DNA of 64,000 bases from Pseudomonadales bacterium (GCA_036960375.1 JBALVY010000001.1:42293-106292); one strand, 5' to 3'; shown: positions 48,009-58,058, counted from the first letter of the stretch. The notes: generated from the sequence alone by a model not told the origin. Numbers and translations: made by a program.

Positions 48009-48767
48009 CTATGGCAAAAAGATATGGCCGCCCTCGTCCAGCAAACGGTCAATAGCCTGCCCTATCATATCGTCATCCAGCTCAGCGCCATTTACCAGCG
48101 AGCTACACAAATTGGCTCCAGCCAAGGGTAGCTGGGAGCGGCGTACAAATAACTCCAGGGCTGGCCCACCTCCGCAACAAATATCATTAATCACTAAAGG
48201 GCTGAGCATTCCGGCAGCCTCTACTACCGGGCACTGCACCACATTATGTAATGCGGTGAGTAACTTGGGCCCGACAAACTGTGGCGGCATCGGCCCCACA
48301 TTCAAGCGGACCAGCCTGAGGGCGGCGTCACGATAGAAATCCAGGAAGCTATTGCCCTGACTAAAAACCATAAAGGCATTGTGCACTTTCACCCGGGCTT
48401 TGAGTTTAGAATTCTTAACATCAGTCTGAACCCATACCTCGCGGCCCAAAGCATAATGCGAATCGGGCATAGCCAGTTCAGCGGGGTTAAATATCAGGAA
48501 ATCTGCATCACACCAAACCACGTTGTCGTAGCCCTCATGCAACGCGCCGATGAGCGCATCAAGGCGGGCGATGTCGGTAGCCACTACTCGTTGGGAGGCA
48601 GTTTTTTCCAATACATCCGCCTCCAAACTCTGGAATAACTCATCACCGATAAAGCGATAGTCAAAACACTTCAACTCGGCCCACGCCTTGACGCTGCCGA
48701 TGCACTCAGACAACCAGCGATGCGGCAGAGGATCAGTATGGGATTGCAGAACCAAAGTAGAACGCAT
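48009..48767 (-). CDS. Hypothetical protein with a GT32-like DXD motif region
   Basis: VATDIARLDALIGALHEGYDNVVWCDADFLIF resembles the SD..R...L...GG.Y.D.D sugar-binding region of DXD glycosyltransferases. Weak call from pattern only. Confidence 0.35.
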   Translation of the reverse strand: MRSTLVLQSHTDPLPHRWLSECIGSVKAWAELKCFDYRFIGDELFQSLEADVLEKTASQRVVATDIARLDALIGALHEGYDNVVWCDADFLIFNPAELAMPDSHYALGREVWVQTDVKNSKLKARVKVHNAFMVFSQGNSFLDFYRDAALRLVRLNVGPMPPQFVGPKLLTALHNVVQCPVVEAAGMLSPLVINDICCGGGPALELFVRRSQLPLAGANLCSSLVNGAELDDDMIGQAIDRLLDEGGHIFLP

Positions 48768-48968
48768 TGTTTAACAACCTTTATATAAACCGCATCAATG
48801 AAGACAGATCAATTTCTACCCGCAATAAATTACTGTCCTCTCTAGAGCGACGAGAAGCTGCCAATAGCGGTAAAATGGTGTTGGCTACAGGAAATATACA
48901 CGGTAAGGTGGCTGCTTACCTGCGTAATTACTACACGACTATTGCCGCTACAGGGACTCCGTCGCTTC

Positions 48969-49796
48969 ATGGACACTATTACACTCAATCTGGACGTACT
49001 GTCCCGCGCTATTGCCAGCTTGGGTACAGATGACTTTTACCCCGAATTAATTGCCACGCTGTCTAGTATTGCCCCACTTGAACACCCCGAGATCTGGCTT
49101 TTTCGGCAGGACAATTCCCCTGTGCCGCTCTATCACAGGGCCAGTAAAAATGAAGCACCCGTTCTTATAGACGAATATATGGCAGGTGCCTATACCGGTG
49201 ACCCAGCCTACCAGGCAAGCCAGAAGCCGGACCATGAAGGGATATATCGCACTACGGATATGCGCGGCAGCGAAGCGCTGCCTGAATATATTCACGGATA
49301 TTTTCGTCGAATGGCGGTATCAGATGAGCTGGGTTATCTCATTGACCCCGAACCAGGCAGCGCAATCAATATCAGCCTACAACGTGACAAGGACGCACCG
49401 CGATTCAGTGATAACGAGGTAAAGCAACTACACCAGATGGCATCGGTTATTAGTGAACTAGTGCGAAAGCACTGGCAACTCAATGACCGCCAGCCCACTG
49501 CTACAACCGAAGCCAACGTGACATTGGCGCTCGAGCTTTTTGGCAGCTCCCTACTGACCGGCCGCGAAGCCGAGGTATTGCATCAGCTATTACGCGGGCA
49601 TAGCAATCAATCTGCAGCAGACAAGCTGGGCATCAGCCTTGAGACTTTGCGCAGACACCGCAAACATATTTACCAGAAGCTGGATATCAGTTCACAATCT
49701 GAGTTATTTTCCCTATTTATACACTGCTTACCGTATATCACCGAGGCTCCCGACCAAGACCCACTAGCAAAATATCAATCACCGCCTACTCGCTAA
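48969..49796 (+). CDS. LuxR-family transcriptional regulator (unassigned N-terminal sensor domain)
   Basis: C-terminal HTH LTGREAEVLHQLLRGHSNQSAADKLGISLETLRRHRKHIYQKLDISSQSELF. ATG 48969. The track ORF starts at TTG 48942. Confidence 0.75.
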   Translation: MDTITLNLDVLSRAIASLGTDDFYPELIATLSSIAPLEHPEIWLFRQDNSPVPLYHRASKNEAPVLIDEYMAGAYTGDPAYQASQKPDHEGIYRTTDMRGSEALPEYIHGYFRRMAVSDELGYLIDPEPGSAINISLQRDKDAPRFSDNEVKQLHQMASVISELVRKHWQLNDRQPTATTEANVTLALELFGSSLLTGREAEVLHQLLRGHSNQSAADKLGISLETLRRHRKHIYQKLDISSQSELFSLFIHCLPYITEAPDQDPLAKYQSPPTR

Positions 49797-49873
49797 CTAT
49801 CATGCCCCGAAGGGGTCATTCCCGTCAAAAACCCCAGCCGTTAAGCTAGCCAGCATAATAACCGGAGACTCAC

Positions 49874-51247
49874 ATGGATAGCGCTGCATCCGAGCAAGCA
49901 CTAAAAATTGCTCGTCAGTTCCTGAGCGACAACCCCGATATTGAAACTATCGAGGTAATGCTGACTGACCTGAACGGTTGTGCCAGAGGTAAATGGATAC
50001 CCCGCGAAGAGCTGGAGAGTGTTTGCCAAGGCTGCCTTAAAATCACGCTGACTTCTGTGACACCTGACATTTGGGGTCGCGATGTGCCCGCCATGTGTGA
50101 AGCCACCGGAGACGGTGACGGTGTATGCGAACCCATTATTGAATCACTCAAACGCATTCCCTGGTTAAAGCGGCCGACTGCACAATTGTTTTTACGACTC
50201 ACCGAGAATGACAAACCCTGCGGCCATGATCCCAGAGTGGTACTGGAAAAGATTGTTGCGCAATTCGCCGAGCGCAAGCTGACGCCCGTTATGGCTCCAG
50301 AGCTGGAATTCTTTTTATTTCGTCAGGAGCGTGACAGCAACGGCACACCACAAATACCGCCTACTCGTATTAACGGTGATAATACAACTGGTGGCCAGTT
50401 ATACAGCACCGAACTATTAGCCGACCACGCCGATATGCTGCACGAAATTCGTGATGTATGCCAACAAATGGATGTACCCTTAACAGCCTTAGGCAAAGAG
50501 CTGTCTGCTGGCCAATGGGAGCTCAATCTGAATCATGTATCCTGCCCGCTGCAGGCCGCAGACCATGCCCAAACCTTAAAACGTGTGATCAAGGCTATTG
50601 CTAAAAAATACGGCTATATCGCTTCTTTTATGGCGAAGCCCTTTGCGCATCTGGACGGTAACGGATTTCATACCCATGTTAGCGTTTTGGATGAGGCTGG
50701 CAATAATATCTTCGATGACGGCACTGAACGAGGCACAGATGCGCTACGTTATGCCATCGGCGGCCTGGCCGATAGCATGGCCGATACTTACCTGATTTTT
50801 GCGCCTCACCTTAATTCTTATCGACGCTTGAAAATTGGCAGCCACGCCCCGAAGGCTCCCACATGGGGTTACGAAAATCGCTATGTCTCGATGCGCATAC
50901 CCAATGGTGACAACAAGGCACGCCGCATCGAATACCGACTGGGTGGGGCTGACGCCAACGCCTATCTGTTATTAGCCGCGCTTCTGGCTGGCATCCTGCA
51001 TGGCATCGATAACAAGATCGACCCCGGCGAGCCTTGTAAAGACAAAAATACCGCTGAGAACTCCACCGCCGTATTGCCGCAAAACTGGTATGAAGCACTG
51101 AGTGTGTTTGAACAGTCGGGGTATATTCGTAACAAGCTCGGAGAGGAGTTTCAACAGGCCTATAGCGCTGTGAAACGCGTCGAACAAGCCGAGTTTGACG
51201 CCATCATCAGCAAGCAGGAATACGACGCTTATCTGGTGAGCTCATGA
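49874..51247 (+). CDS. Glutamine synthetase-family ligase (gamma-glutamyl-amine synthetase, PuuA/PauA-like)
   Basis: 457 aa. GS catalytic-domain pattern PELEFFLF, NGFHTHVSV, YENRYVSMRIP and EYRLGGADANAYL. GGAGA SD upstream. Confidence 0.8.
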   Translation: MDSAASEQALKIARQFLSDNPDIETIEVMLTDLNGCARGKWIPREELESVCQGCLKITLTSVTPDIWGRDVPAMCEATGDGDGVCEPIIESLKRIPWLKRPTAQLFLRLTENDKPCGHDPRVVLEKIVAQFAERKLTPVMAPELEFFLFRQERDSNGTPQIPPTRINGDNTTGGQLYSTELLADHADMLHEIRDVCQQMDVPLTALGKELSAGQWELNLNHVSCPLQAADHAQTLKRVIKAIAKKYGYIASFMAKPFAHLDGNGFHTHVSVLDEAGNNIFDDGTERGTDALRYAIGGLADSMADTYLIFAPHLNSYRRLKIGSHAPKAPTWGYENRYVSMRIPNGDNKARRIEYRLGGADANAYLLLAALLAGILHGIDNKIDPGEPCKDKNTAENSTAVLPQNWYEALSVFEQSGYIRNKLGEEFQQAYSAVKRVEQAEFDAIISKQEYDAYLVSS

Positions 51248-51311
51248 GCATGAACCAGCCACATGATGGCGGTCTGCATCTGGTATACGAGCATAGGGGT
51301 ACATTGACGCT

Positions 51312-52910
51312 GTGAATAAACCAGCCAGTAACGAACGTCGCTTAACCACCAGTGATGTCATGCAAAGAGGCTTCAAGGCCCTATCCAGCGGGCGCATTGA
51401 AGAGGCGTCTGCCTGCTGTAAAGCGGTATTGGCACGCCATCCTGATCTGGTTCAGGCACATTTTTTGGTAGGCCTTATCGCTTTGGCGAGCCAAGACAGA
51501 AAAACTGCAACTAGCGCCTTTATAACATGCACAAAAATAGAACCCGCACACGCAGCAGCCTGGGCGCACTTGGCAAAACTCCTTGCCGAAGGTGGTCAGG
51601 TAAACCGCGCTGATATCGCATTAAGCAATGCCGTTAAATACGAAAACGGCGACATCCCTCAAATACACGATATTATCGGTGCCTCGCACTCCATGTTAGG
51701 TGAGTATGAGGCGGCCAACATCTGGTACCAAAAAGCCGCACAAGCTGTTCCCGACAACCCCGCCTTCAATGTTAACTATGCCAACAATCTGGTGTATTTG
51801 GGCGAGTCTAAAGCTGCGGAAAAACAACTCGAACACGTTCTAGATATCGCGCCAAAAAATCCTCAGGCCCACTGGATTTTGTCCGGCTTACGCAAAGCGA
51901 CCGATCACAGCCACATAGAAAAAATGAAAGCCATCCTGGGTACCGAAAAGATAGCACCTCAGGGCCAGGCATTTCTTAACTATGGCACTGGCAAAGAGCT
52001 AGAGGATCTGAAGGAATGGGATAGTGCGTTTGAATGCTTTCTGCAGGGCGGAAAAGCTCGACGTAAAGTTGTTGCTCATAACGAAAACAACGACATAGAG
52101 ACATTTGAAGCCCTTGATAGAATTTACAACAAAGATTGGCTAGAACAGCAAGCCGAAGGACACGATACACAAGCGCCTATATTTATAGTAGGACAGCCAC
52201 GTACCGGCACAACCTTAGTGGAGCGAATACTCACTGCGCATAGCGATGTGCACTCTGCGGGCGAACTGCAGCAATTCGGAAATTCGGTGCGACGCCTAAG
52301 TCAATATGATCATAGCGAGCGGTTGTCTGCTGCGCTGTTTGAAGGGGCCTCCACGCTCAACCCGGAAATATTGGGTAAAGAATATATGGCCAGAACAACC
52401 AAATTACGCGGCTCTAGCCCCAGATTTGTCGACAAGCTACCTTACAACTACCTGTTTCTACCGCATATTCTAACGGCACTTCCCAACGCCAAAATAATTC
52501 ATTTGGTACGAGATCCACGCGATGTCTGCTTCTCTGTTTTTAAGCAACTGTTCGCCGATGCGTATACTCACTCCTACGATTTGGGCGAAATGGCGCGGCA
52601 CTTTGTACGCTATTACCGATTAATGGAAACCTGGCGTGAGCGCTTTCCCGGCCGCTTTCTCGACGTGAAATACGAAGACGTAGCCGGCGACGTAGATAGC
52701 CAGGCACGACGAATGATCGATTACCTGGAACTGCCCTGGCAGGACGCCTGTGTGAATTTCCACCAGCAAGACAGCGCAGTAACAACCGCCAGTGCGGTTC
52801 AAGTTAGGCAGCCGGCGCATACCCGTTCTATTGGGCGTTGGCGGCAATACGAAGAACAACTACAACCTGTGCTGGATATATTGCGACAAGAAAATATCAT
52901 CGAAAACTAA
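51312..52910 (+). CDS. TPR-repeat sulfotransferase-family protein
   Basis: GTG start (uncertain). N-terminal TPR-like repeats. C-terminal PAPS-type motifs IFIVGQPRTGTTLVERIL and HLVRDPRDVCFSVF. Confidence 0.75.
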   Translation: MNKPASNERRLTTSDVMQRGFKALSSGRIEEASACCKAVLARHPDLVQAHFLVGLIALASQDRKTATSAFITCTKIEPAHAAAWAHLAKLLAEGGQVNRADIALSNAVKYENGDIPQIHDIIGASHSMLGEYEAANIWYQKAAQAVPDNPAFNVNYANNLVYLGESKAAEKQLEHVLDIAPKNPQAHWILSGLRKATDHSHIEKMKAILGTEKIAPQGQAFLNYGTGKELEDLKEWDSAFECFLQGGKARRKVVAHNENNDIETFEALDRIYNKDWLEQQAEGHDTQAPIFIVGQPRTGTTLVERILTAHSDVHSAGELQQFGNSVRRLSQYDHSERLSAALFEGASTLNPEILGKEYMARTTKLRGSSPRFVDKLPYNYLFLPHILTALPNAKIIHLVRDPRDVCFSVFKQLFADAYTHSYDLGEMARHFVRYYRLMETWRERFPGRFLDVKYEDVAGDVDSQARRMIDYLELPWQDACVNFHQQDSAVTTASAVQVRQPAHTRSIGRWRQYEEQLQPVLDILRQENIIEN

Positions 52911-52959
52911 GCTTTATTTAAAGTATTACCGTACGACAACCAACGAGGGGAATAAAACT

Positions 52960-55353
52960 ATGAAAAGTTACAAAATACTACGCAGGAGCCCGCTGACCAG
53001 CGCAGTCAGGCTCGCAATTGCCGCCACCTTGCCTTTGACAGCAGCCATGGCACATGCCCAACTACTCGAAGAAGTAACAGTAACAGCCACCAAGCGCGCC
53101 GCATCTGTCATGGATGTGCCCTTGGCGATTACCGCTGTATCCGGGGAAGCTATGCGCGATATGAACCTTGATGACATCAAGGATCTGGTTGCATTGACTC
53201 CCGGTGTTAGTGGCAACTCCAAGGACAGCTTTCTCGATAACATCACCGTCCGTGGCATTATCACTGTCGACTTTGGTATCGGCGGCGACCCATCAATCAG
53301 TATTTATAAAAACGGCCTCTACCAGGGGCGTACTGGTTCTGCCGTAACCAGCATTTACGATATAGAGCGGGCGGAAGTATTGCGCGGACCACAGGGCTTC
53401 CTGTTCGGTCGTGGCGCAATCTCTGGTGCGATGAATGTTATTACCACAAAACCCAATACGGATCAGGTTGAAGGTTATGTTGAACTGGACGTGGCTGAAC
53501 GAGGCCATGCTGTAATAGAAGGTGCGGTTAACGTACCGGTTACTGATAATTTGGCATTTCGTTTGGCGGTTTATCACTCGGAAGAAGACGGTTACGTCAC
53601 AAACAAAGACCCCAGTAGTGGCATAGATGATCTCATCGGCCATGAAAAAGACGGTATTCGTTTAACAACGCTATTTGAAACGGACAGACTCAGCATGAAC
53701 CTGATGCTGGAATATGAAGACCGCGATCAATCCGGAACCGTTTATGTGCCCACCGAAAGCGGAGACTCCTATGATCTTTTACAGGAATTTTATCCAGAGC
53801 GCATGGCAGGATATCCGGCAGGTGATCGCAATGTTATTAATGACCTAAGCCTCGGCAACCATGATAGAGGCAAAGTGTACAGCGCGGGTCTACAGATAGA
53901 TTACGATTTTGACTTTGCCACCCTCACATCAATCACCGGCTACAAAGACCATGATTTCTCCTACGCGGAAGACTGGGACGGAACTCCGATCACCTTAAAC
54001 AGTTACGGACAGGAACAAACCGGCGACTATTTTGAGCAAGAGCTTCGCCTAACCTCTAATGGTGACGGTCCTCTCAGCTGGTATGGCGGTGTATCGTATT
54101 ACAAGGAAAACATTGAGGCTGAGTTTACCCAGCAGTTTGAAGAAGACGTATGGTGCTCGGCATACTATGCCTATTATCAAACTACCTGTCAGGACATGTT
54201 CGACTATTACAAAACATACGCGGAGGAAGAACCTGAAGGCTATTATGTTCAATATTTCGAAGAATATTTCGGCACATTTGACTGGGAAGGCAGTGCCAAT
54301 GGCTTGATCACTGATCGCAACCGCGCCACAGGTAAATACGAAGGTTATGCGGCCTATGTTGACGTTAGCTATGTCTTTAATGATCGCTGGGATGCAAGTC
54401 TGGGTGTTCGTTATACCAAGGATGACAAGGATTTCAGTAATCAGTCACTGCTCCCCAGCGCTAGCCCCGTATTGCTGAACAGGGCTTCCATCTATTTTAC
54501 TACCCCTAATGGCGCTGTCTCAGACTCAAAAAGCTGGAACGATACCTCTCCCCGCCTGGTAGTCAACTACCGTCCTGGAGATGACCATCTGATTTTTGGT
54601 AGCATCACTGCTGGTTATAAATCAGGCGGCTTCTCGACCTTCGGCTTCACCCGTATGGACGGAGAAAGTAACGAAGGTTACGTTACTGCTAACCCCGATG
54701 ATTCAGTGCCCACGTCCTTCGACCCGGAAACATCCATGTCTTACGAATTAGGATATAAAGGCTCAGTCAATGACGGCAATACGCGTCTGGCCGCCAATGT
54801 CTTTTTCTATCAGTACGAAGACATGCAGGTGACTTTCTTTGATGGCCCTGTAGCCAAGACTGAAAACGCCGGTAAGGTCGACGGTTATGGTTTTGAAGGC
54901 ACCGCAGAACATGCCATTAATGAACATTTCAATATAAACCTTGGCTTTGCTTATCTTCATACCGAAGCCACCGATATCCAGAAAATTTGCGGTGGCGAGG
55001 ATATTTGTGAAGGTGATGCCCTACCCTGGTCACCGGAATTGTCTGGGTTTGCCATGCTCAATGCCCACTACCCGATGGGCAACGGTGAAATGTTCGGCCT
55101 TCTCTCTTTCGTATTCGAGGATGGGATAGGTACCGATTTCGGACCTGACGCACTGAAAACACCAGACTGGCAGGAATGGGGTATCAGCGCTGGCTACCGT
55201 ACCGAGAGCTGGTCTATCTCCGGCTATGTGGATAATCTCACCGATGAGCTCTATTACGACAATGCTATTGGCGAAGAAGGCCCATTCCCCGATAAGTACT
55301 TTGGCCCAAGCCGTCCACGTACTGCCGGTGTGAAGTTTTCTGTAAACTTTTAA
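52960..55353 (+). CDS. TonB-dependent outer-membrane receptor (797 aa)
   Basis: ATG 52960 preceded by GAGGGG. Signal peptide ending AMAHA|Q. Plug region LLEEVTVTATKRAASVMDVPLAITAV and LRGPQGFLFGRGAISG. C-terminal GVKFSVNF. The track start at 52792 is inside the previous gene. Confidence 0.85.
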   Translation: MKSYKILRRSPLTSAVRLAIAATLPLTAAMAHAQLLEEVTVTATKRAASVMDVPLAITAVSGEAMRDMNLDDIKDLVALTPGVSGNSKDSFLDNITVRGIITVDFGIGGDPSISIYKNGLYQGRTGSAVTSIYDIERAEVLRGPQGFLFGRGAISGAMNVITTKPNTDQVEGYVELDVAERGHAVIEGAVNVPVTDNLAFRLAVYHSEEDGYVTNKDPSSGIDDLIGHEKDGIRLTTLFETDRLSMNLMLEYEDRDQSGTVYVPTESGDSYDLLQEFYPERMAGYPAGDRNVINDLSLGNHDRGKVYSAGLQIDYDFDFATLTSITGYKDHDFSYAEDWDGTPITLNSYGQEQTGDYFEQELRLTSNGDGPLSWYGGVSYYKENIEAEFTQQFEEDVWCSAYYAYYQTTCQDMFDYYKTYAEEEPEGYYVQYFEEYFGTFDWEGSANGLITDRNRATGKYEGYAAYVDVSYVFNDRWDASLGVRYTKDDKDFSNQSLLPSASPVLLNRASIYFTTPNGAVSDSKSWNDTSPRLVVNYRPGDDHLIFGSITAGYKSGGFSTFGFTRMDGESNEGYVTANPDDSVPTSFDPETSMSYELGYKGSVNDGNTRLAANVFFYQYEDMQVTFFDGPVAKTENAGKVDGYGFEGTAEHAINEHFNINLGFAYLHTEATDIQKICGGEDICEGDALPWSPELSGFAMLNAHYPMGNGEMFGLLSFVFEDGIGTDFGPDALKTPDWQEWGISAGYRTESWSISGYVDNLTDELYYDNAIGEEGPFPDKYFGPSRPRTAGVKFSVNF

Positions 55354-55376
55354 TCGATAGCACTTAGACCTCCAAA

Positions 55377-55406
55377 GGCGATGCGTTATAAAGCATCGCC
55401 TTTTTT
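55377..55406 (+). terminator. Rho-independent terminator after the receptor gene
   Basis: GGCGATGC-GTTATAAA-GCATCGCC followed by TTTTTT, 24 bp after the stop codon. Confidence 0.8.
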
Positions 55407-55477
55407 ATGTCTAAGCAATTCAGATTCAGCAACAATGTGACGAATAATTATTTCGTTTGATCACCAAACTCCAGACA

Positions 55478-55515
55478 CAAAAAAACCAAAAGGGCCGAAC
55501 CCTTTTGGTTTTTTT
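55478..55515. terminator. Bidirectional rho-independent terminator
   Basis: An A-run, then CCAAAAGGG-CCGAA-CCCTTTTGG, then a T-run. On the minus strand it ends aminotransferase gene 55547..56941. Confidence 0.75.
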
Positions 55516-55546
55516 GTATTCTCTATACCGTGCTAATTTTCAGAAA

Positions 55547-56941
55547 TTAACTAACGCCTAAATCCTTTGCTGCCGAATCCAGCGCTGAACGCGCCTTCTC
55601 TACCAACTCGTCTATTTGATCACGAGTAATCGTCAATGGCGGCGCAGTAATCAGACTCTCACCTACTCCACGTAATATCACTCCACCGTCAACACAGTAA
55701 TCACGACACAGGGCACCGGTGGCTCCGTCGCTATCAAAACGCTCACGGGTTTCCTTGTTCTTAACCAGCTCGATAGCACCAAACATACCCATGGCTCTTA
55801 CTTCACCAACCAGAGGATGATCAGCCAGGCTCTTAAGACGCTCACAAAAATACGGTGAGATCTCCTTTACCCGCTCAATGATTTTGTCTTCTTTGTAAAT
55901 ACGCAGTACAGCCAACGCAGCTGCGCAAGCAGCCGGGTGACCGGAATAGGTATACCCGTGAGTAAATTCGCCGCCATCGGCTTTAAGCACATCGGCAACT
56001 CTATCGCCCACTAATACGCCACCCAGAGGCTGGTAGCCGTTAGTGACTGCCTTGGCAAAGGTGATCAGGTCGGGTTTAATGCCAAAGGTATCGCTGCCAA
56101 ACCACTCACCGGTACGGCCAAAACCGCAGATGACTTCGTCGACAATCAACAGAATGCCGTACTCATTACAAATGCGCTGAATTTCTGGCCAGTAGGTCGC
56201 GGGGGGAATAACCACTCCGCCAGCACCCTGCACAGGCTCAGCGATAAACGCAGCCACATTTTCAGCGCCGACTTCCAGAATTTTAGCTTCCAGTGATTGA
56301 GCCGCTTTTAAACCAAACTCGTCTTCACTCAAATCACCGCCTTCACCAAAGAAATACGGTTGGTCTACATGCTCAATATCGGGCATGGGGTTAAATTGCT
56401 TGTGCATGCCATTCATACCACCCAGGCTTGCTGCGGCAATAGTTGAGCCGTGATAACCATTCTTACGGCCGATAATAATTTTGCGCTCAGGCTGATCTTG
56501 AAGCGCCCAATAACGCAATACCAAACGGATATTGGTATCGTTGGCTTCAGAGCCGGAGGAGGTAAAAAAGACATTATTCATATGCGCAGGCGCAATTGAG
56601 GTCAGCTCTTGGGCCAGCTCTATAGATGCCGGGTGCGCACACTGAAAGAAAGTATTGTAGTAAGGCAGTTCCTGCAATTGTTGATAAACGGCATCAGCAA
56701 TTTCAGTGCGTCCATAACCCAGCGCACAGGTCCATAAACCCGACATACCATCCAGGATCTTATTACCCTCACTGTCATAGATATACGCCCCGTCAGCCTT
56801 AACAATAATTCGACTGCCCTTCTCGGCTAACTCATGAAAGTCGGTAAATGGGTGTAAATGGTGCTCTCTATCGAGCTGCTGCAGGTTTTGGGTATTAATA
56901 TCGAGCTGCTGCAGGTTTTGGGTATTAATTGACTGGCTCAT
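55547..56941 (-). CDS. Class-III aminotransferase, SpuC-like (amine:pyruvate type)
   Basis: GGAGG 5 nt before ATG 56941 (MSQS...). The track start 56953 lies in the SD. Motifs HHLHPFTD, GMSGLWTCALGYGR, VDEVICGFGRTGEWFG and FAKAVTNG. Confidence 0.85.
   Translation of the reverse strand: MSQSINTQNLQQLDINTQNLQQLDREHHLHPFTDFHELAEKGSRIIVKADGAYIYDSEGNKILDGMSGLWTCALGYGRTEIADAVYQQLQELPYYNTFFQCAHPASIELAQELTSIAPAHMNNVFFTSSGSEANDTNIRLVLRYWALQDQPERKIIIGRKNGYHGSTIAAASLGGMNGMHKQFNPMPDIEHVDQPYFFGEGGDLSEDEFGLKAAQSLEAKILEVGAENVAAFIAEPVQGAGGVVIPPATYWPEIQRICNEYGILLIVDEVICGFGRTGEWFGSDTFGIKPDLITFAKAVTNGYQPLGGVLVGDRVADVLKADGGEFTHGYTYSGHPAACAAALAVLRIYKEDKIIERVKEISPYFCERLKSLADHPLVGEVRAMGMFGAIELVKNKETRERFDSDGATGALCRDYCVDGGVILRGVGESLITAPPLTITRDQIDELVEKARSALDSAAKDLGVS
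56869..56929 (-). repeat. Perfect in-frame 30-bp tandem duplication at the 5' end of the aminotransferase CDS
   Basis: ATCGAGCTGCTGCAGGTTTTGGGTATTAAT occurs at 56870-56899 and again at 56900-56929. It encodes INTQNLQQLD twice. Confidence 0.95.
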
Positions 56942-57044
56942 AGAGGCCTCCACAATTCAGGGTTCGTGTAATGTGATCACATTATAGAGTAGTTTGGCTC
57001 GCTTGCCATTACCTTTTTGGGGCATTCTGTATCAGCGCCCGATT

Positions 57045-57944
57045 TCAGGGCAACAAATCCAAACCCTGGCCCATTTTATCGATAAACCAGTCCAGCGCCC
57101 GCCCCCTTTGCCCCGTCTTGAATATCGTATACAGCGGCGTCGCTCCCAAGCCCTCATTGACTGGTAATAACACCAACAAACCCTCTGCCAGCTGCTTTAA
57201 TATGCGGTGGCGCGGCAAATACCCCACGCCCAAGCCCCGCTCAATGGCCTCGATTTTATCGTTCACAGAGCCGACTTTTAATTGTTGCTGCGCGGAGAAT
57301 ACCCGCAGCGACAGTGGCGCCAGCTCACGAGAGGAATCCCTCACTACCACCGAACGAAATTGACGAATATCGTCTTCGCCAAGAACGCGATCCAATGTGC
57401 TTAGAGGGTGAGCCGGTGACACCGCAAACACCCATTCCACCTTGGCCACCTCAACCTGCCGCAAACCTCGAGGCAGAGTGGGCAGCTCAGCAGCCCCCAC
57501 AGCCATGTCGGCACGACCATGAATGACCGCATCCCAGGCCCCGCCTAATACCTCTTCGGACAAATTAATCACTATGTCTGGCTTGAAGAGATAAAAGTCT
57601 GCCAACAAGGGGTATAGAACTTTAACCCCCAGCACCGAATCCACCGCAATATTCAGCCTTGACTCCCAGCCCTTGTCGGCCTGGCGTGTCTTCTCTGCCA
57701 GCTGCTCTACAGCCAGTAACACCTCCCGCCCCTGCTCGAGTAAAAGCTGTCCGGCCGGGGTTAACACGGAGCGCCGGCCTTCTTTTCGAAACAGGACAAC
57801 ATCCAGGTCTTGCTCCAGTTTTTGTACGGTATAAGTGATGGCAGATGGCACGCGGTACAAGCTGTTTGCCGCAGCCGCAAAGCTGCCTTTGCGGTCAATC
57901 GCATCTAGCACCTGTAATGCATCCAAAGTAATGGGATTATTCAT
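57045..57944 (-). CDS. LysR-family transcriptional regulator (YhaJ-like context)
   Basis: ATG 57944 (MNNPITLDALQVLDAI...). The track start is TTG 57962. wHTH FAAAANSLYRVPSAITYTVQKLEQDL. Divergent from the doxX-yqjG-pirin genes. Confidence 0.85.
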   Translation of the reverse strand: MNNPITLDALQVLDAIDRKGSFAAAANSLYRVPSAITYTVQKLEQDLDVVLFRKEGRRSVLTPAGQLLLEQGREVLLAVEQLAEKTRQADKGWESRLNIAVDSVLGVKVLYPLLADFYLFKPDIVINLSEEVLGGAWDAVIHGRADMAVGAAELPTLPRGLRQVEVAKVEWVFAVSPAHPLSTLDRVLGEDDIRQFRSVVVRDSSRELAPLSLRVFSAQQQLKVGSVNDKIEAIERGLGVGYLPRHRILKQLAEGLLVLLPVNEGLGATPLYTIFKTGQRGRALDWFIDKMGQGLDLLP

Positions 57945-58058
57945 AAACACATAATACTTCAATATTTTTGAACATAACTATCAAGATAGTTTGATTTTTA
58001 ATTAAAATCAATTAATTACAATGGGTCAACTAAACAGTAAATATGAATTTTGGAGAAT

